DNA from: Candidatus Adlerbacteria bacterium
GTDB lineage: Bacteria > Patescibacteriota > Minisyncoccia > Phycocordibacterales > SBAW01
Reading direction: 5' to 3'
Assembly (NCBI GenBank): GCA_903824155.1
Contig: CAIJVL010000035.1
Coordinates: 1 to 47,887 of the forward strand
Length of the DNA: 47,887 nt
Below are positions 9,469 to 17,727 of this stretch, one piece after another (position 1 is the first letter of the stretch; each line of letters starts with the position of its first letter). Under the pieces are notes generated by a model that searched no databases, was not told the DNA's origin, and was given only the letters and a program-made list of their open reading frames with translations. Made by a program: the position numbers and the translations under genes.

Positions 9469-9565
9469 TGTAATGGTTTACCCCTGTTTTTCCTTTGGGG
9501 TTACGATTCTGACGGTTCCCCATAGGGGCCTATCAGAAAAAAGGAGCCTTGTGAGGCGTAGAGGG

Positions 9566-9594
9566 ATACTACCACAGCCATTTGGAGAGCGCAA
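9566..9594 (-). promoter_or_regulatory. Promoter re-starting the spc segment at rpsN
   Basis: Minus strand TTGCGC-N17-TAGTAT with TGn extension. Confidence 0.6.
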
Positions 9595-9654
9595 ACTTCC
9601 CGACTTCATGTAGATAAAGGGGTTGACTGGCCTAGGGTTTTTGTCCTCTCCTTA

Positions 9655-9683
9655 TTGACATGCAACCATTTTCAGGTTAAACT
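9655..9683 (+). promoter_or_regulatory. Sigma70 promoter of orphan 9729
   Basis: TTGACA-N17-TAAACT. Confidence 0.65.
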
Positions 9684-9728
9684 CGTATAGGAATAAGGAT
9701 AGCCCTGAAACAAAGACGGAGTAGACCA

Positions 9729-9983
9729 TTGTCCCCTGAGGAAAACCAGAATACCCCTCCTCTCCCCCCAGGCTTTGCCTACGGAGAGGATCTCAGCCTG
9801 AAAGAGTTAGCCATTGAAGCCATCGTGAGTGGCCTCAGAGCTACTCTCACAGAAACTCTGAAGGAAAACGAAACAATTCCGCCAGATGCTGAGCTCAGAC
9901 GCATGGCTGAAACGCAGTATGCCAAGTCGATCAAGAATGGTCTCGACGACCATCTTGGTACCGGCGTACTCCCCAAAAACTAG
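9729..9983 (+). CDS. Hypothetical protein (orphan cassette)
   Basis: GGAG SD, TTG start, promoter upstream, hairpin downstream. Confidence 0.6.
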   Translation: MSPEENQNTPPLPPGFAYGEDLSLKELAIEAIVSGLRATLTETLKENETIPPDAELRRMAETQYAKSIKNGLDDHLGTGVLPKN

Positions 9984-10000
9984 TCCTTTCGTTCAAAATC

Positions 10001-10055
10001 AAAAACCCGCGCCATTCACTTGGTCGCGGGTTTTTTCTTTTCTATTTTTGAAATT
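10001..10055. repeat. Copy 2 of the rplE terminator/3' flank direct repeat
   Basis: aaaaacccgcgccattcacttggtcgcg (28 nt) identical to 11243-11270; similarity continues through the T-rich tail. Confidence 0.9.
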
Positions 10056-10095
10056 CGTATACACTGGCAGCAGACAAATCCTTGGAGTAGTACAA

Positions 10096-10386
10096 ATGAA
10101 ATGTGATTACATGTTGCCAAGAGCCGAACATCCGCTTGTGGCATGGGAAGAGCCTTTACCCTCTTGTTTGCTCGAAGAGGGACATGAGGACTATCATCTC
10201 ATCCTTACGAGCAGCGGGTGGTACCTATTTTATCCCTACACAGAGTCGTGTGGGGATGACTGCGAGTGTGCCCAAGACACCGACTGTACCAACTACGAAT
10301 GCTTTACTTGGTGCAAAATATCCAACGCCGAAGCGCAGCAGTTGCTCAATCCGCTGAAAGCCAAAAAACCAAAACGGAGCCCCTAA
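10096..10386 (+). CDS. Cys/His-rich putative zinc-binding hypothetical protein
   Basis: GGAG SD; C..., CLLEEGHEDYH, CGDDCECAQDTDCTNYEC. Confidence 0.7.
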   Translation: MKCDYMLPRAEHPLVAWEEPLPSCLLEEGHEDYHLILTSSGWYLFYPYTESCGDDCECAQDTDCTNYECFTWCKISNAEAQQLLNPLKAKKPKRSP

Positions 10387-10511
10387 AGGCTCCGTTTTTT
10401 CTATATTAAATTTCGATTCAGCAGAATCGCCTACTGGGTTATTTTTTGAAGGGCGGGTTGCAAAAAAGAAAACCGGCTGCTTGTAAGCGGCCGGCTATTT
10501 GTTTAGTTGGG

Positions 10512-10655
10512 CTAAAGCCAACCCAAATTGTGAGCAATAAGGACTACCGCACAAACTGAGCCTATAATCGGCCCAATCCAAGCGCTCTTATCCTTTCGGA
10601 TTTCCGGAAAGCTCTCAGCTTCCGGATAGAGAAGATAGGATATTATTTCTCGCAT
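10512..10655 (-). CDS. 47-aa C-terminal TM peptide (not in ORF track)
   Basis: GGGAG SD, MREIISYLLYPEAESFPEIRKDKSAWIGPIIGSVCAVVLIAHNLGWL*; hairpin at ~10470-10496. Confidence 0.5.
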   Translation of the reverse strand: MREIISYLLYPEAESFPEIRKDKSAWIGPIIGSVCAVVLIAHNLGWL

Positions 10656-10673
10656 TATATTTCTCCCGCAGAG

Positions 10674-11168
10674 TTAGAGGAACAACAGCCGCATCGCTCT
10701 CAAAGTCAGAAAGAGCGAATAGATTAGGCCAAAGTAGAACCCTATCGTTATTATACCGGAAATCCTGAAGATCATCGGTAGGCGAACTCTGTTTTTAAGC
10801 GCAGTAAATGCTCCTCGCTCAATATCAAGTATTGCTTCAAGCTCTGCACCGCGGAGAATAAGTGCAGTTGTTTGGTTTCTGATACCCAGATCCGTGCTGT
10901 ATATACCTAGCACGAGCAGCATACCTAAGCCAGCCGCCAAAAATCCAGCGACCGGATCCTCTGGAGCAGGATGTGGAGTAAACAGCCTGTTTTGAATTAT
11001 AGGCAACGCTGTGCGATACACATTAAACAATCCTGCTGCGATTGGCAGAGCTGCTCCCAAAACTGCAAAGCGCAGGCCTTGGAAGAAATGTAGGTCCGGA
11101 AATAGCAGACCATATTCTGTTCGGAACGTAGCCAACTGTTCTTTATGCTCTTCCCATCGGTCCGACAT
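10674..11168 (-). CDS. Hypothetical three-TM membrane protein
   Basis: GAGGAGG SD before MSDRW; TTGGCA-N17-TATTCT upstream; hydrophobic segments. Confidence 0.7.
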   Translation of the reverse strand: MSDRWEEHKEQLATFRTEYGLLFPDLHFFQGLRFAVLGAALPIAAGLFNVYRTALPIIQNRLFTPHPAPEDPVAGFLAAGLGMLLVLGIYSTDLGIRNQTTALILRGAELEAILDIERGAFTALKNRVRLPMIFRISGIITIGFYFGLIYSLFLTLRAMRLLFL

Positions 11169-11242
11169 TTCAACCTCCTCTGATTCGTCTAAACGTAGAA
11201 TACCACAAATATTTAGAAATGCCAATAGTCTTTCCTCATAAG

Positions 11243-11298
11243 AAAAACCCGCGCCATTCACTTGGTCGCGAGTTTTTCTTTTCTATATTTTAAAAATT
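11243..11298. terminator. rplE terminator (copy 1 of direct repeat)
   Basis: Hairpin flanked by A/T tracts directly after the rplE stop. Confidence 0.8.
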
Positions 11299-11836
11299 AC
11301 TTTTTGAAGGGAAAGCCCAAGTGGGAGAGGTAGGCTTTTGCTTCAGTCTTATTCTTTGCGGTAGTGACTACGGTTGCCGCCATGCCAAAGACGTCTTTAA
11401 TTTCTTCATCGGCAGTCTCGGGAAATACGATGTGCTCTTTAATGCCAAGGGAGTAGTTGCCCATCTCATCGATACCTGTAGTGCCAATGCCTTTAAAGTC
11501 TTTAGTGCGAGGAAGCGCGATGTGCACGAGGCGGTTAAGAAAGTCCTCGGCGCGCTTGCCGCGCAAGGTTACCTGGTAGCCTATCTTGTCGCCAATGCGG
11601 GTCTTGTAGGTAGCGATAGATTTCTTGGCGCCGCGGCTTGCCGGCTTTTGGCCGGTAATTTTAGCCAAGCGGTTGGCAACCAAATCTACCTTGCCTTTGT
11701 CCTTGGTCATCTTGCCGACGCCGACCGAAATAACTACCTTCTCCACCTTGGGGACCTGCATGCGGTTAGTCCACTTAAAGTCACCTTTAAGCGTATCAAA
11801 CGCACTCTTCTGTTGTTCTTGTATAAGTTTAGGCAT
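11297..11836 (-). CDS. rplE: 50S ribosomal protein L5
   Basis: PKVEKVVISVGVG, ITGQKP, VTLRG, ALPRTKDFKG. Confidence 0.98.
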   Translation of the reverse strand: MPKLIQEQQKSAFDTLKGDFKWTNRMQVPKVEKVVISVGVGKMTKDKGKVDLVANRLAKITGQKPASRGAKKSIATYKTRIGDKIGYQVTLRGKRAEDFLNRLVHIALPRTKDFKGIGTTGIDEMGNYSLGIKEHIVFPETADEEIKDVFGMAATVVTTAKNKTEAKAYLSHLGFPFKK

Positions 11837-11846
11837 GGTAGTTCAG

Positions 11847-12128
11847 TTACTTTGCTGCTTTCTTGGCAGTCTTTTCTTTCTTGGCAGACTTCTCCTTCTT
11901 GGAATCCTTAAGGTTTACATTGCTTGCGTGTATCGGAAAGTGCTTGTCGATTATCTGTCCTGCGTGGCCTTCGCGGCGGGCCTTTTGGTGCTTCTTCTTC
12001 ATACCAACGCCCTCAACGAGGACCATTGCAAGCTTGGGAAACACCTCAAGCACTTTGCCTGACTTCCCCTTTTCATTACCGGCAAGTACCACTACGGTGT
12101 CACCTTTTTTTACATGTAAAGTGTTCAT
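11847..12128 (-). CDS. rplX: 50S ribosomal protein L24
   Basis: [28 protein letters not shown]; start MNTLH. Confidence 0.97.
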   Translation of the reverse strand: MNTLHVKKGDTVVVLAGNEKGKSGKVLEVFPKLAMVLVEGVGMKKKHQKARREGHAGQIIDKHFPIHASNVNLKDSKKEKSAKKEKTAKKAAK

Positions 12129-12132
12129 AGTG

Positions 12133-12513
12133 TTATACGACTTCAGGCGCGCGAGAAATAATCGTCTGGTAGCCAAGCTCTTGGAGCTCGCGCGGTATCG
12201 GGCCAAAGATGCGTCCTGCCTTCGGCTCTTTTTTGTCCTTGCCGGAGGTCTCCAAAATAACCACGGCGTTTTCGTCAAAGCGGATGTACGAGCCGTCCTT
12301 GCGGCGGAAAGGCTTCTTTTGGCGAACAACGACGGCCTTCAAAATATCTTTCTTCTTAACGGCCTTGCGCGGCTCGGCGGTTTGTACCGAAAGCACCACC
12401 ACCTCGCCGATTTCTGCATAGCGCTTGTGCGATGATCCGGGAATCTTGAAGATGCGGCCGATTTTGGCGCCGGTGTTGTCTGCTATTACGACTAGTGAGC
12501 GATCTTGAATCAT
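12133..12513 (-). CDS. rplN: 50S ribosomal protein L14
   Basis: [27 protein letters not shown]. Confidence 0.98.
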   Translation of the reverse strand: MIQDRSLVVIADNTGAKIGRIFKIPGSSHKRYAEIGEVVVLSVQTAEPRKAVKKKDILKAVVVRQKKPFRRKDGSYIRFDENAVVILETSGKDKKEPKAGRIFGPIPRELQELGYQTIISRAPEVV

Positions 12514-12520
12514 ATATTTA

Positions 12521-12766
12521 TTATGCGAAAACGATTTCGAACGACTTAAGCTTTGACAGCGGGCGGCATGAGCGGATTACCACAACCTCGCCCTCCTTGG
12601 CCTTGTTGCCCGGATTGTGTGCGTGGTAGCGCTTGGTGATCTTCATGTACTTCTTGTACTTGGGGTGCTTTACGTAGCGCGAAACTGCCACGACCGCCGT
12701 ATCGGTCATTTTGTCGGACATTACCGTGCCGCGAAGTATTTTCTTGTGTGCAATTTTAGTTTCCAT
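12521..12766 (-). CDS. rpsQ: 30S ribosomal protein S17
   Basis: SDKMTDT, KHPKYKKY, RPLSKLK. Confidence 0.97.
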   Translation of the reverse strand: METKIAHKKILRGTVMSDKMTDTAVVAVSRYVKHPKYKKYMKITKRYHAHNPGNKAKEGEVVVIRSCRPLSKLKSFEIVFA

Positions 12767-12770
12767 ATAT

Positions 12771-12971
12771 TTATTTCGCTACCGCTTTACGCGCATTAGT
12801 TTCGGTCAAAGCGCGGGCGATCTCCTTGCGGATAGTGCGCGCCTCTTTAACGTTGTGGTTTTTACTCCCCGAAGCATTAAAGCGCAATGTGCGCAATGCT
12901 TCGCGCTTCTCGCTGACAAACTTAGCGAGATCCTTGGAGTCATGATTAGTGAAATTAGTTTTCTTAGCCAT
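12771..12971 (-). CDS. rpmC: 50S ribosomal protein L29
   Basis: LRF...RKEIARALT; operon position. Confidence 0.93.
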   Translation of the reverse strand: MAKKTNFTNHDSKDLAKFVSEKREALRTLRFNASGSKNHNVKEARTIRKEIARALTETNARKAVAK

Positions 12972-12979
12972 ATATTTGT

Positions 12980-13402
12980 TTATGCGTGGCGCGAGACAAC
13001 CTTTGCCTTAAGCGGAAGCTTCTTAGCGGCGTTGTTAAGTGCAGCTACAGCAGTCTTGTCATCGACACCGTCTACCTCAAACAAGATGCGTCCCGGCCAG
13101 ATCTCCACCTCGTATCCTACCGGGTCGCCCTTACCCTTGCCGAGCTTTACCTCCGGCGGCTTTTGGGTAAAAGGCTTGTCAGGAAATACGCGCAGCCACA
13201 TCTTGCCGGTCTTGCCCATTGAGCGGACGATAACCTTGCGAGCGCTCTCAAGCTGGTTAGAGCGTACGCGTGCCGGCGTCGTTGCCTTAAGGCCATGCGA
13301 GCCAAAGGCAATGGTAATGCCGCGGGTTGCGATTTTTACCTTTTTAGGGTTGTGGCGCATCGTGTGCCACTTGCGGAATTTTACTTTCTTAGGGGTCAAC
13401 AT
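12980..13402 (-). CDS. rplP: 50S ribosomal protein L16
   Basis: PKKVKFRK, RVFPDKP, LGKGKG, AAKKLP. Confidence 0.98.
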   Translation of the reverse strand: MLTPKKVKFRKWHTMRHNPKKVKIATRGITIAFGSHGLKATTPARVRSNQLESARKVIVRSMGKTGKMWLRVFPDKPFTQKPPEVKLGKGKGDPVGYEVEIWPGRILFEVDGVDDKTAVAALNNAAKKLPLKAKVVSRHA

Positions 13403-13407
13403 AAAAA

Positions 13408-14085
13408 TTATTTGGCGTCTTTCTTGGTTTGCTTATCGGCAAAGACTTCGCCTTTGTAGATCCACACCTTGATGCCGATTACGCCAAGCGGCAAGTTTGC
13501 GCGCTCGCGGTAAAAGTCGATATCCGAGCGGAAGGTCTGCAGCGGTACGCGGCCTTTCTTAAGAGTCTCAACGCGCGACATAGAGCCGCCGCCGAGCATG
13601 CCGCCCAAAGTGATGCGTACGCCTTTTACATCGCGGTTAGCCATTACCTTTTCGATAGTTTGTTTGAGTACGCGGCGAAATGGCATGCGCTTCTCGAGTC
13701 CTTCGGCAACCATGTACGCCACAATTGCAGCTGAAGATTCCGGTGAGCGAATCTCCTCGATATCAAGCTTTACTTCCGGTACCGATGCGCCCTTAGAAGC
13801 AAGGAAAGTAGTGATCTTGTTTTTGAGTTTGATAGAACCCTCGCCCGAGCGGCCGATGATAACGCCGGGGCGCGAGGTCTTGATGATGACGCGCAAATTG
13901 CCATTGCCGCGCTCAAGTTCGATACCGCCAATGTACATGCCGCGCAGCTCGCGGTACAAGAACTCGCGCAAAAGGATGTCCGCACGCAGGTACTCTTGGT
14001 ACTGCTTGCCCTGCGCATACCAACGATGCCTCCAGTCGCGGAGGATGCCAAGGCGGTGTGCAAATGGATGTACAACTTTAGACAT
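13408..14085 (-). CDS. rpsC: 30S ribosomal protein S3
   Basis: HPFAHRLGI, RPGVIIGRSG, GRVPLQTFRSDID, GIKVWIY. Confidence 0.98.
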   Translation of the reverse strand: MSKVVHPFAHRLGILRDWRHRWYAQGKQYQEYLRADILLREFLYRELRGMYIGGIELERGNGNLRVIIKTSRPGVIIGRSGEGSIKLKNKITTFLASKGASVPEVKLDIEEIRSPESSAAIVAYMVAEGLEKRMPFRRVLKQTIEKVMANRDVKGVRITLGGMLGGGSMSRVETLKKGRVPLQTFRSDIDFYRERANLPLGVIGIKVWIYKGEVFADKQTKKDAK

Positions 14086-14093
14086 AAATATAA

Positions 14094-14486
14094 TTAGATG
14101 GTGGCGACTTCTTCGGTTTTAACTGCTTCTACTTTCTTTCCCTTTGTTTTCTTTACCGTTTCAGGGCGCTTGGTAAGACCCATCGTAATGGTGCTCGACT
14201 TCTTGCGGATAGGCGCCGAGCGGCCGCGTGCGCGAGGCATCATGCGCTTAAAGACTACGCCGCTGTTAACCTGGATAGTTGAAATGATGACTTCGCGCGA
14301 GGAAAGTCCCGAGTTTGAAACAGCCGACTCTATCAGCTTGATCATCGGCTCAGAGCCGCGCTTAGGGAGCGTGGCCAACAGGTTGATAGCGTGCTCGGCC
14401 GTCTTGCCGCGCACCAAATCTGCAAGCAGGCGCACCTTGCGGGGCGACTGGCGGTAGTTTTTAAGTTTTGCAGATGCATCAGCCAT
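14094..14486 (-). CDS. rplV: 50S ribosomal protein L22
   Basis: RQSPRKVRLLADLVRG, PRARGR. Confidence 0.97.
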   Translation of the reverse strand: MADASAKLKNYRQSPRKVRLLADLVRGKTAEHAINLLATLPKRGSEPMIKLIESAVSNSGLSSREVIISTIQVNSGVVFKRMMPRARGRSAPIRKKSSTITMGLTKRPETVKKTKGKKVEAVKTEEVATI

Positions 14487-14495
14487 ATAATTGTT

Positions 14496-14852
14496 TTATT
14501 TCTTTGCGGCAGTTTTAGCGGCATCAGCAGCGCCCTTGGCAGCCTGTGCAGCTGCAATTTCACCTTCTTTAGCCTTTTGCTCCATTTCCTTCTGCATTTT
14601 GCCGCCGTGGCGCTGGAACTTCTTGGTCGGAGAAAACTCGCCCAAGCGGTGCCCTACCATGTCCTCGCTTACCAAAACCTCGAGATGGGTCTTGCCATTG
14701 TAGACGCCAAACTTAAAGCCCACCATTTCCGGGGCAATCTGGCTGCGGCGCGCCCACGTTTTAATAAGCTCAGCGGTCTGAGGTTTCTTGCCCTCAATCT
14801 TCTTGAGGAGCTTCTCGTCCACGTACGGACCTTTTTTAAGTGATCGTGACAT
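14496..14852 (-). CDS. rpsS: 30S ribosomal protein S19
   Basis: [24 protein letters not shown]. Confidence 0.98.
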   Translation of the reverse strand: MSRSLKKGPYVDEKLLKKIEGKKPQTAELIKTWARRSQIAPEMVGFKFGVYNGKTHLEVLVSEDMVGHRLGEFSPTKKFQRHGGKMQKEMEQKAKEGEIAAAQAAKGAADAAKTAAKK

Positions 14853-14949
14853 TATGTTAAAACCCCTGTATTTGCTTGGGCGCCCTAGCTGTTTTCCCTC
14901 CCAAAGGAGCGAAAGGCCAACTAAAAACCCGCCAAGCGGGATTGAAGGC

Positions 14950-14978
14950 ATAGTACAGGATAGGGCGGATTTACGCAA
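14950..14978 (-). promoter_or_regulatory. Promoter re-starting the S10 segment at rpsS
   Basis: Minus strand TTGCGT-N17-TACTAT. Confidence 0.65.
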
Positions 14979-15086
14979 GTTTTTCCACCCAAAGCACCTC
15001 AAAACATCTTAAAGCCTTGCAAAAATCACCAAATGTGGCATAGTTCTGCCAGAAGACCCCGAAACGACCTACCAAAAGGAGTGGTC

Positions 15087-15362
15087 ATGCGCATCTACAA
15101 GTTCCAATACCGGCACGGGCAATCGGCTCCGTACAAAAATCTGGAAGCAACCGATCATGATGACTTCTATGCCCAGCTTGCAAGCTGGGAAAAAGATACC
15201 GGCTTTAAGCACGTGGTCGGCAGCATCAACTGCACTATAAGCGAGATAATGCACGTCCCCGAGCCGCCCAACAAAGGTGGACTCCCCTCTTCGCTTATAC
15301 GACCACATACGGTCGATCAAATAATGGCAGCGACAGGTCGGGATCGTCCCACCAACAGTTAG
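15087..15362 (+). CDS. Small hypothetical protein, array paralogue 1
   Basis: AAGGAG SD; MRIYKFQY...LEATDHDDF...KHVVGSI; hairpin follows. Confidence 0.72.
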   Translation: MRIYKFQYRHGQSAPYKNLEATDHDDFYAQLASWEKDTGFKHVVGSINCTISEIMHVPEPPNKGGLPSSLIRPHTVDQIMAATGRDRPTNS

Positions 15363-15380
15363 GTTCTGTTCAAGAATCAA

Positions 15381-15408
15381 AAAACGCCCCGGTTTCCCGG
15401 GGCGTTTT
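15381..15408. repeat. aacgccccg/cggggcgtt hairpin copy 1
   Basis: aaaacgccccgg-tttc-ccggggcgtttt. Confidence 0.9.
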
Positions 15409-15495
15409 ATTTTTATGTGTACTTAACCGACAAACTTGCTCTTAACGGGTATTTTTGCATAATAGCTTCAGGACTGTCCATAAAAAGGAACGGTA

Positions 15496-15816
15496 ATGAG
15501 TTCATCCATCAAAGACATAGCGTACACGCTTATCTATCTTGAGCCGCGGCTCGTGAGCAGTAATCCGGTCTCGTTTGAACAGGAGATAGGAGAGCATCAC
15601 TTTACTGCCAAAGACGATGGGGACGCCCTCCGGCAAGCAGCGCGATTCTTGAAGCAGCACATCGTAAGTTGCAACCATGTCGCCCAAGGCCGCGAAGGTA
15701 AAAAGCTCGTAAGGGATTTCCCCCTCCAGATCATAAAGGACCACTTCCCCAAAGTGCCCGCTGGTCGACTGAGGGTTGGGTTATCCCAAATCCCTCCCTT
15801 AGATGGCTGCGGGTAG
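15496..15816 (+). CDS. Small hypothetical protein, array paralogue 2
   Basis: AAGGA SD; YTLIY...HFTAKDDGDALRQAARFLKQH. Confidence 0.72.
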   Translation: MSSSIKDIAYTLIYLEPRLVSSNPVSFEQEIGEHHFTAKDDGDALRQAARFLKQHIVSCNHVAQGREGKKLVRDFPLQIIKDHFPKVPAGRLRVGLSQIPPLDGCG

Positions 15817-15825
15817 ACCAAACAG

Positions 15826-15852
15826 AAACGCCCCGCAAGTCGGGGCGTTTTT
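15826..15852. repeat. Hairpin copy 2
   Basis: aaacgccccg-caagt-cggggcgtttt. Confidence 0.9.
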
Positions 15853-15915
15853 CTTGTCATTTTTGCTCAAAAGTGCAATAGTGCGAATAGTCGTTCACCA
15901 CAACGGGGTTTAGCA

Positions 15916-16149
15916 ATGCCAGAGTATAGATTTAGCTACCAGCGCGGCAGAGTCCGGGCGACGTATGGTATTACCGCTGCCAACGACAGCCATGCATTTA
16001 AAAAGATGCAGCTGTTCGTCAAACAACACATGGTCAAGTACATTAACAAGAGCATGCAACTCTTCGGCGAAGACAACCGTTGGCACTTTCTTTCCGGAGC
16101 CAAAGCGGCTACGGCGCGCCTTCCTCCAACCCTTCAAGCCGCTGAGTAA
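15916..16149 (+). CDS. Small hypothetical protein, array paralogue 3
   Basis: MPEYRFSY...ITAANDSHAF...FVKQH..KYINKSM. Confidence 0.72.
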   Translation: MPEYRFSYQRGRVRATYGITAANDSHAFKKMQLFVKQHMVKYINKSMQLFGEDNRWHFLSGAKAATARLPPTLQAAE

Positions 16150-16163
16150 ATATCCCCGGCAAC

Positions 16164-16191
16164 AAAAACGCCCCGCGAGTCGGGGCGTTTT
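16164..16191. repeat. Hairpin copy 3
   Basis: aaaacgccccg-cgagt-cggggcgtttt. Confidence 0.9.
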
Positions 16192-16262
16192 CTTTATATA
16201 TTTTCTGCCCATGGTAGAGTTGCGACAGAAGACCCTTCCCCCTTCAAACCGAGGAGTTGGCA

Positions 16263-16517
16263 ATGACTGAATATCGCTTTAGATACGCCGGCGGCACTAT
16301 CGGCAACCTGCAGACGGTACAACAGCACAAGTTCGAAGCCGAGGATGACCACGATGCCTTTACGCAAAAGGCAGCCTATCTGAAAAGCATTAGCGGCAAG
16401 TATATTACCGGGAGCATGGAAATGCACTGGCAAGGCAAGTGGCGGCCCGTCCCCGACCCGCTGTTCATTGGAGCACAACAGACAAGCATGCTTGCCCACC
16501 GCCAATTGGAGATGTAA
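16263..16517 (+). CDS. Small hypothetical protein, array paralogue 4
   Basis: GAGGAG SD; MTEYRFRY...HKFEAEDDHDAF...KYITGSM. Confidence 0.72.
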   Translation: MTEYRFRYAGGTIGNLQTVQQHKFEAEDDHDAFTQKAAYLKSISGKYITGSMEMHWQGKWRPVPDPLFIGAQQTSMLAHRQLEM

Positions 16518-16528
16518 CACCAGAAAAC

Positions 16529-16555
16529 AACGCCCCGTATTCTCGGGGCGTTTTT
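16529..16555. terminator. Hairpin copy 4, also the bidirectional terminator after rplB
   Basis: aacgccccg-tattct-cggggcgtttt, about 15 nt from the rplB stop. Confidence 0.85.
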
Positions 16556-16569
16556 CTTTTTTATTATAT

Positions 16570-17418
16570 TTAGGCTTTCTGTCCGCGCTTGCCCACTTTG
16601 CGGCGAGAGACGATAAGGTAGTTGCTGTACTTTTTCGGCGTGCGGGTCTTTTGACCTTTGCCGGTTGGTTTACCCCACGCACTCTTGGCGCGGCGCAAAC
16701 CGCGGCCTTGGCGGCCTTCACCGCCGCCGTGCGGGTGGTCTACCGGGTTCATTGCAGTACCGCGCACCGTAGGGCGGATACCCTTCCAGCGGCTGCGTCC
16801 TGCTTTGCCGAAGACTACGAGGTGATGCTCGTCGTTAGACACCTCACCAATAGATGCCCAGCAAGTGTCGAGCACTTTGCGCACTTCGCTTGATGGCATT
16901 TTAAGGTCAGCGTAACCCTGGTCGCGTGCGATTACTTCGATGTGGGTGCCTGCCGAGCGGCCAAGCTTGCCGCCATTGCCCGGCTTGATCTCGACATTGT
17001 ATACAAACGCGCCAATTGGGACATTCTTAAGCGGCATACGGTTGCCCGGAGTTGCAGCAGCGGTTTCCGAAGTGGTGATAGTGTCGCCAACCTTTACCGA
17101 CTTGGGCAAAAGCATGTAGCGGCGCTCGCCGTCTTTGTACACCACAAGGCCGATAAAGCCCGAGCGGTTAGGATCGTACTCGACAGTCTCTACGACTGCC
17201 GGCACCATCTTTTTGTACGTAAAGTCCACATCGCGGAAGAGGCGCTTGTGTCCGCCGCCCTTGTGGCGCACGGTAATGCGGCCCGCGTTGTTGCGGCCCA
17301 CCTTGCGCTTGCCGCCCACCGTAAGAGCCTTGTGCGGCTCGGTAGCGGTAAGCTTGCCTTTAAATGTCACGGTCGACATGTGGCGGCGGGAGTCGGTGTA
17401 TGGTTTATAAGATTTCAT
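16570..17418 (-). CDS. rplB: 50S ribosomal protein L2
   Basis: GRNNAGRITVRHKGGGHK, EYDPNRS, AMNPVDHPHGGGEG. Confidence 0.99.
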   Translation of the reverse strand: MKSYKPYTDSRRHMSTVTFKGKLTATEPHKALTVGGKRKVGRNNAGRITVRHKGGGHKRLFRDVDFTYKKMVPAVVETVEYDPNRSGFIGLVVYKDGERRYMLLPKSVKVGDTITTSETAAATPGNRMPLKNVPIGAFVYNVEIKPGNGGKLGRSAGTHIEVIARDQGYADLKMPSSEVRKVLDTCWASIGEVSNDEHHLVVFGKAGRSRWKGIRPTVRGTAMNPVDHPHGGGEGRQGRGLRRAKSAWGKPTGKGQKTRTPKKYSNYLIVSRRKVGKRGQKA

Positions 17419-17434
17419 AAAGGTATTTTACAAA

Positions 17435-17722
17435 TTACATTATCTCTATGGTCTCGCCCTTCTTTAAAAAGACGTACGCCTTTTTGCCGCCGCTCGAGGC
17501 GCCCTTGCGGTTGGTACCGCGTGTTGCGACCACTTTGCGCGGCACGGTAACCACGGTCACCTTGCGCGGCGTTACGTTGTAGATCTTTTTAACGGCGGTC
17601 ATGATATCGTGCTTGTTAGCATCGACGGCGACGTTAAACACATACACCCCATTAGCAGAGAGGTAGGCTCCCTTTTCGGTGATGCGCGGCGCTATGAGAA
17701 TGTTGACGTTATCCTTTTGCAT
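17435..17722 (-). CDS. rplW: 50S ribosomal protein L23
   Basis: PRITEK, YVFNV, KKAYVFL. Confidence 0.96.
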   Translation of the reverse strand: MQKDNVNILIAPRITEKGAYLSANGVYVFNVAVDANKHDIMTAVKKIYNVTPRKVTVVTVPRKVVATRGTNRKGASSGGKKAYVFLKKGETIEIM

Positions 17723-17727
17723 ACAAT

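Noticed and set aside
15381..16555. CRISPR array or classical integron attC array
   Set aside because: Spacing is 340-445 bp and each interval holds a promoter and gene. There are no cas or intI genes. The hairpins are short terminator-like stems without the long bulged attC structure.
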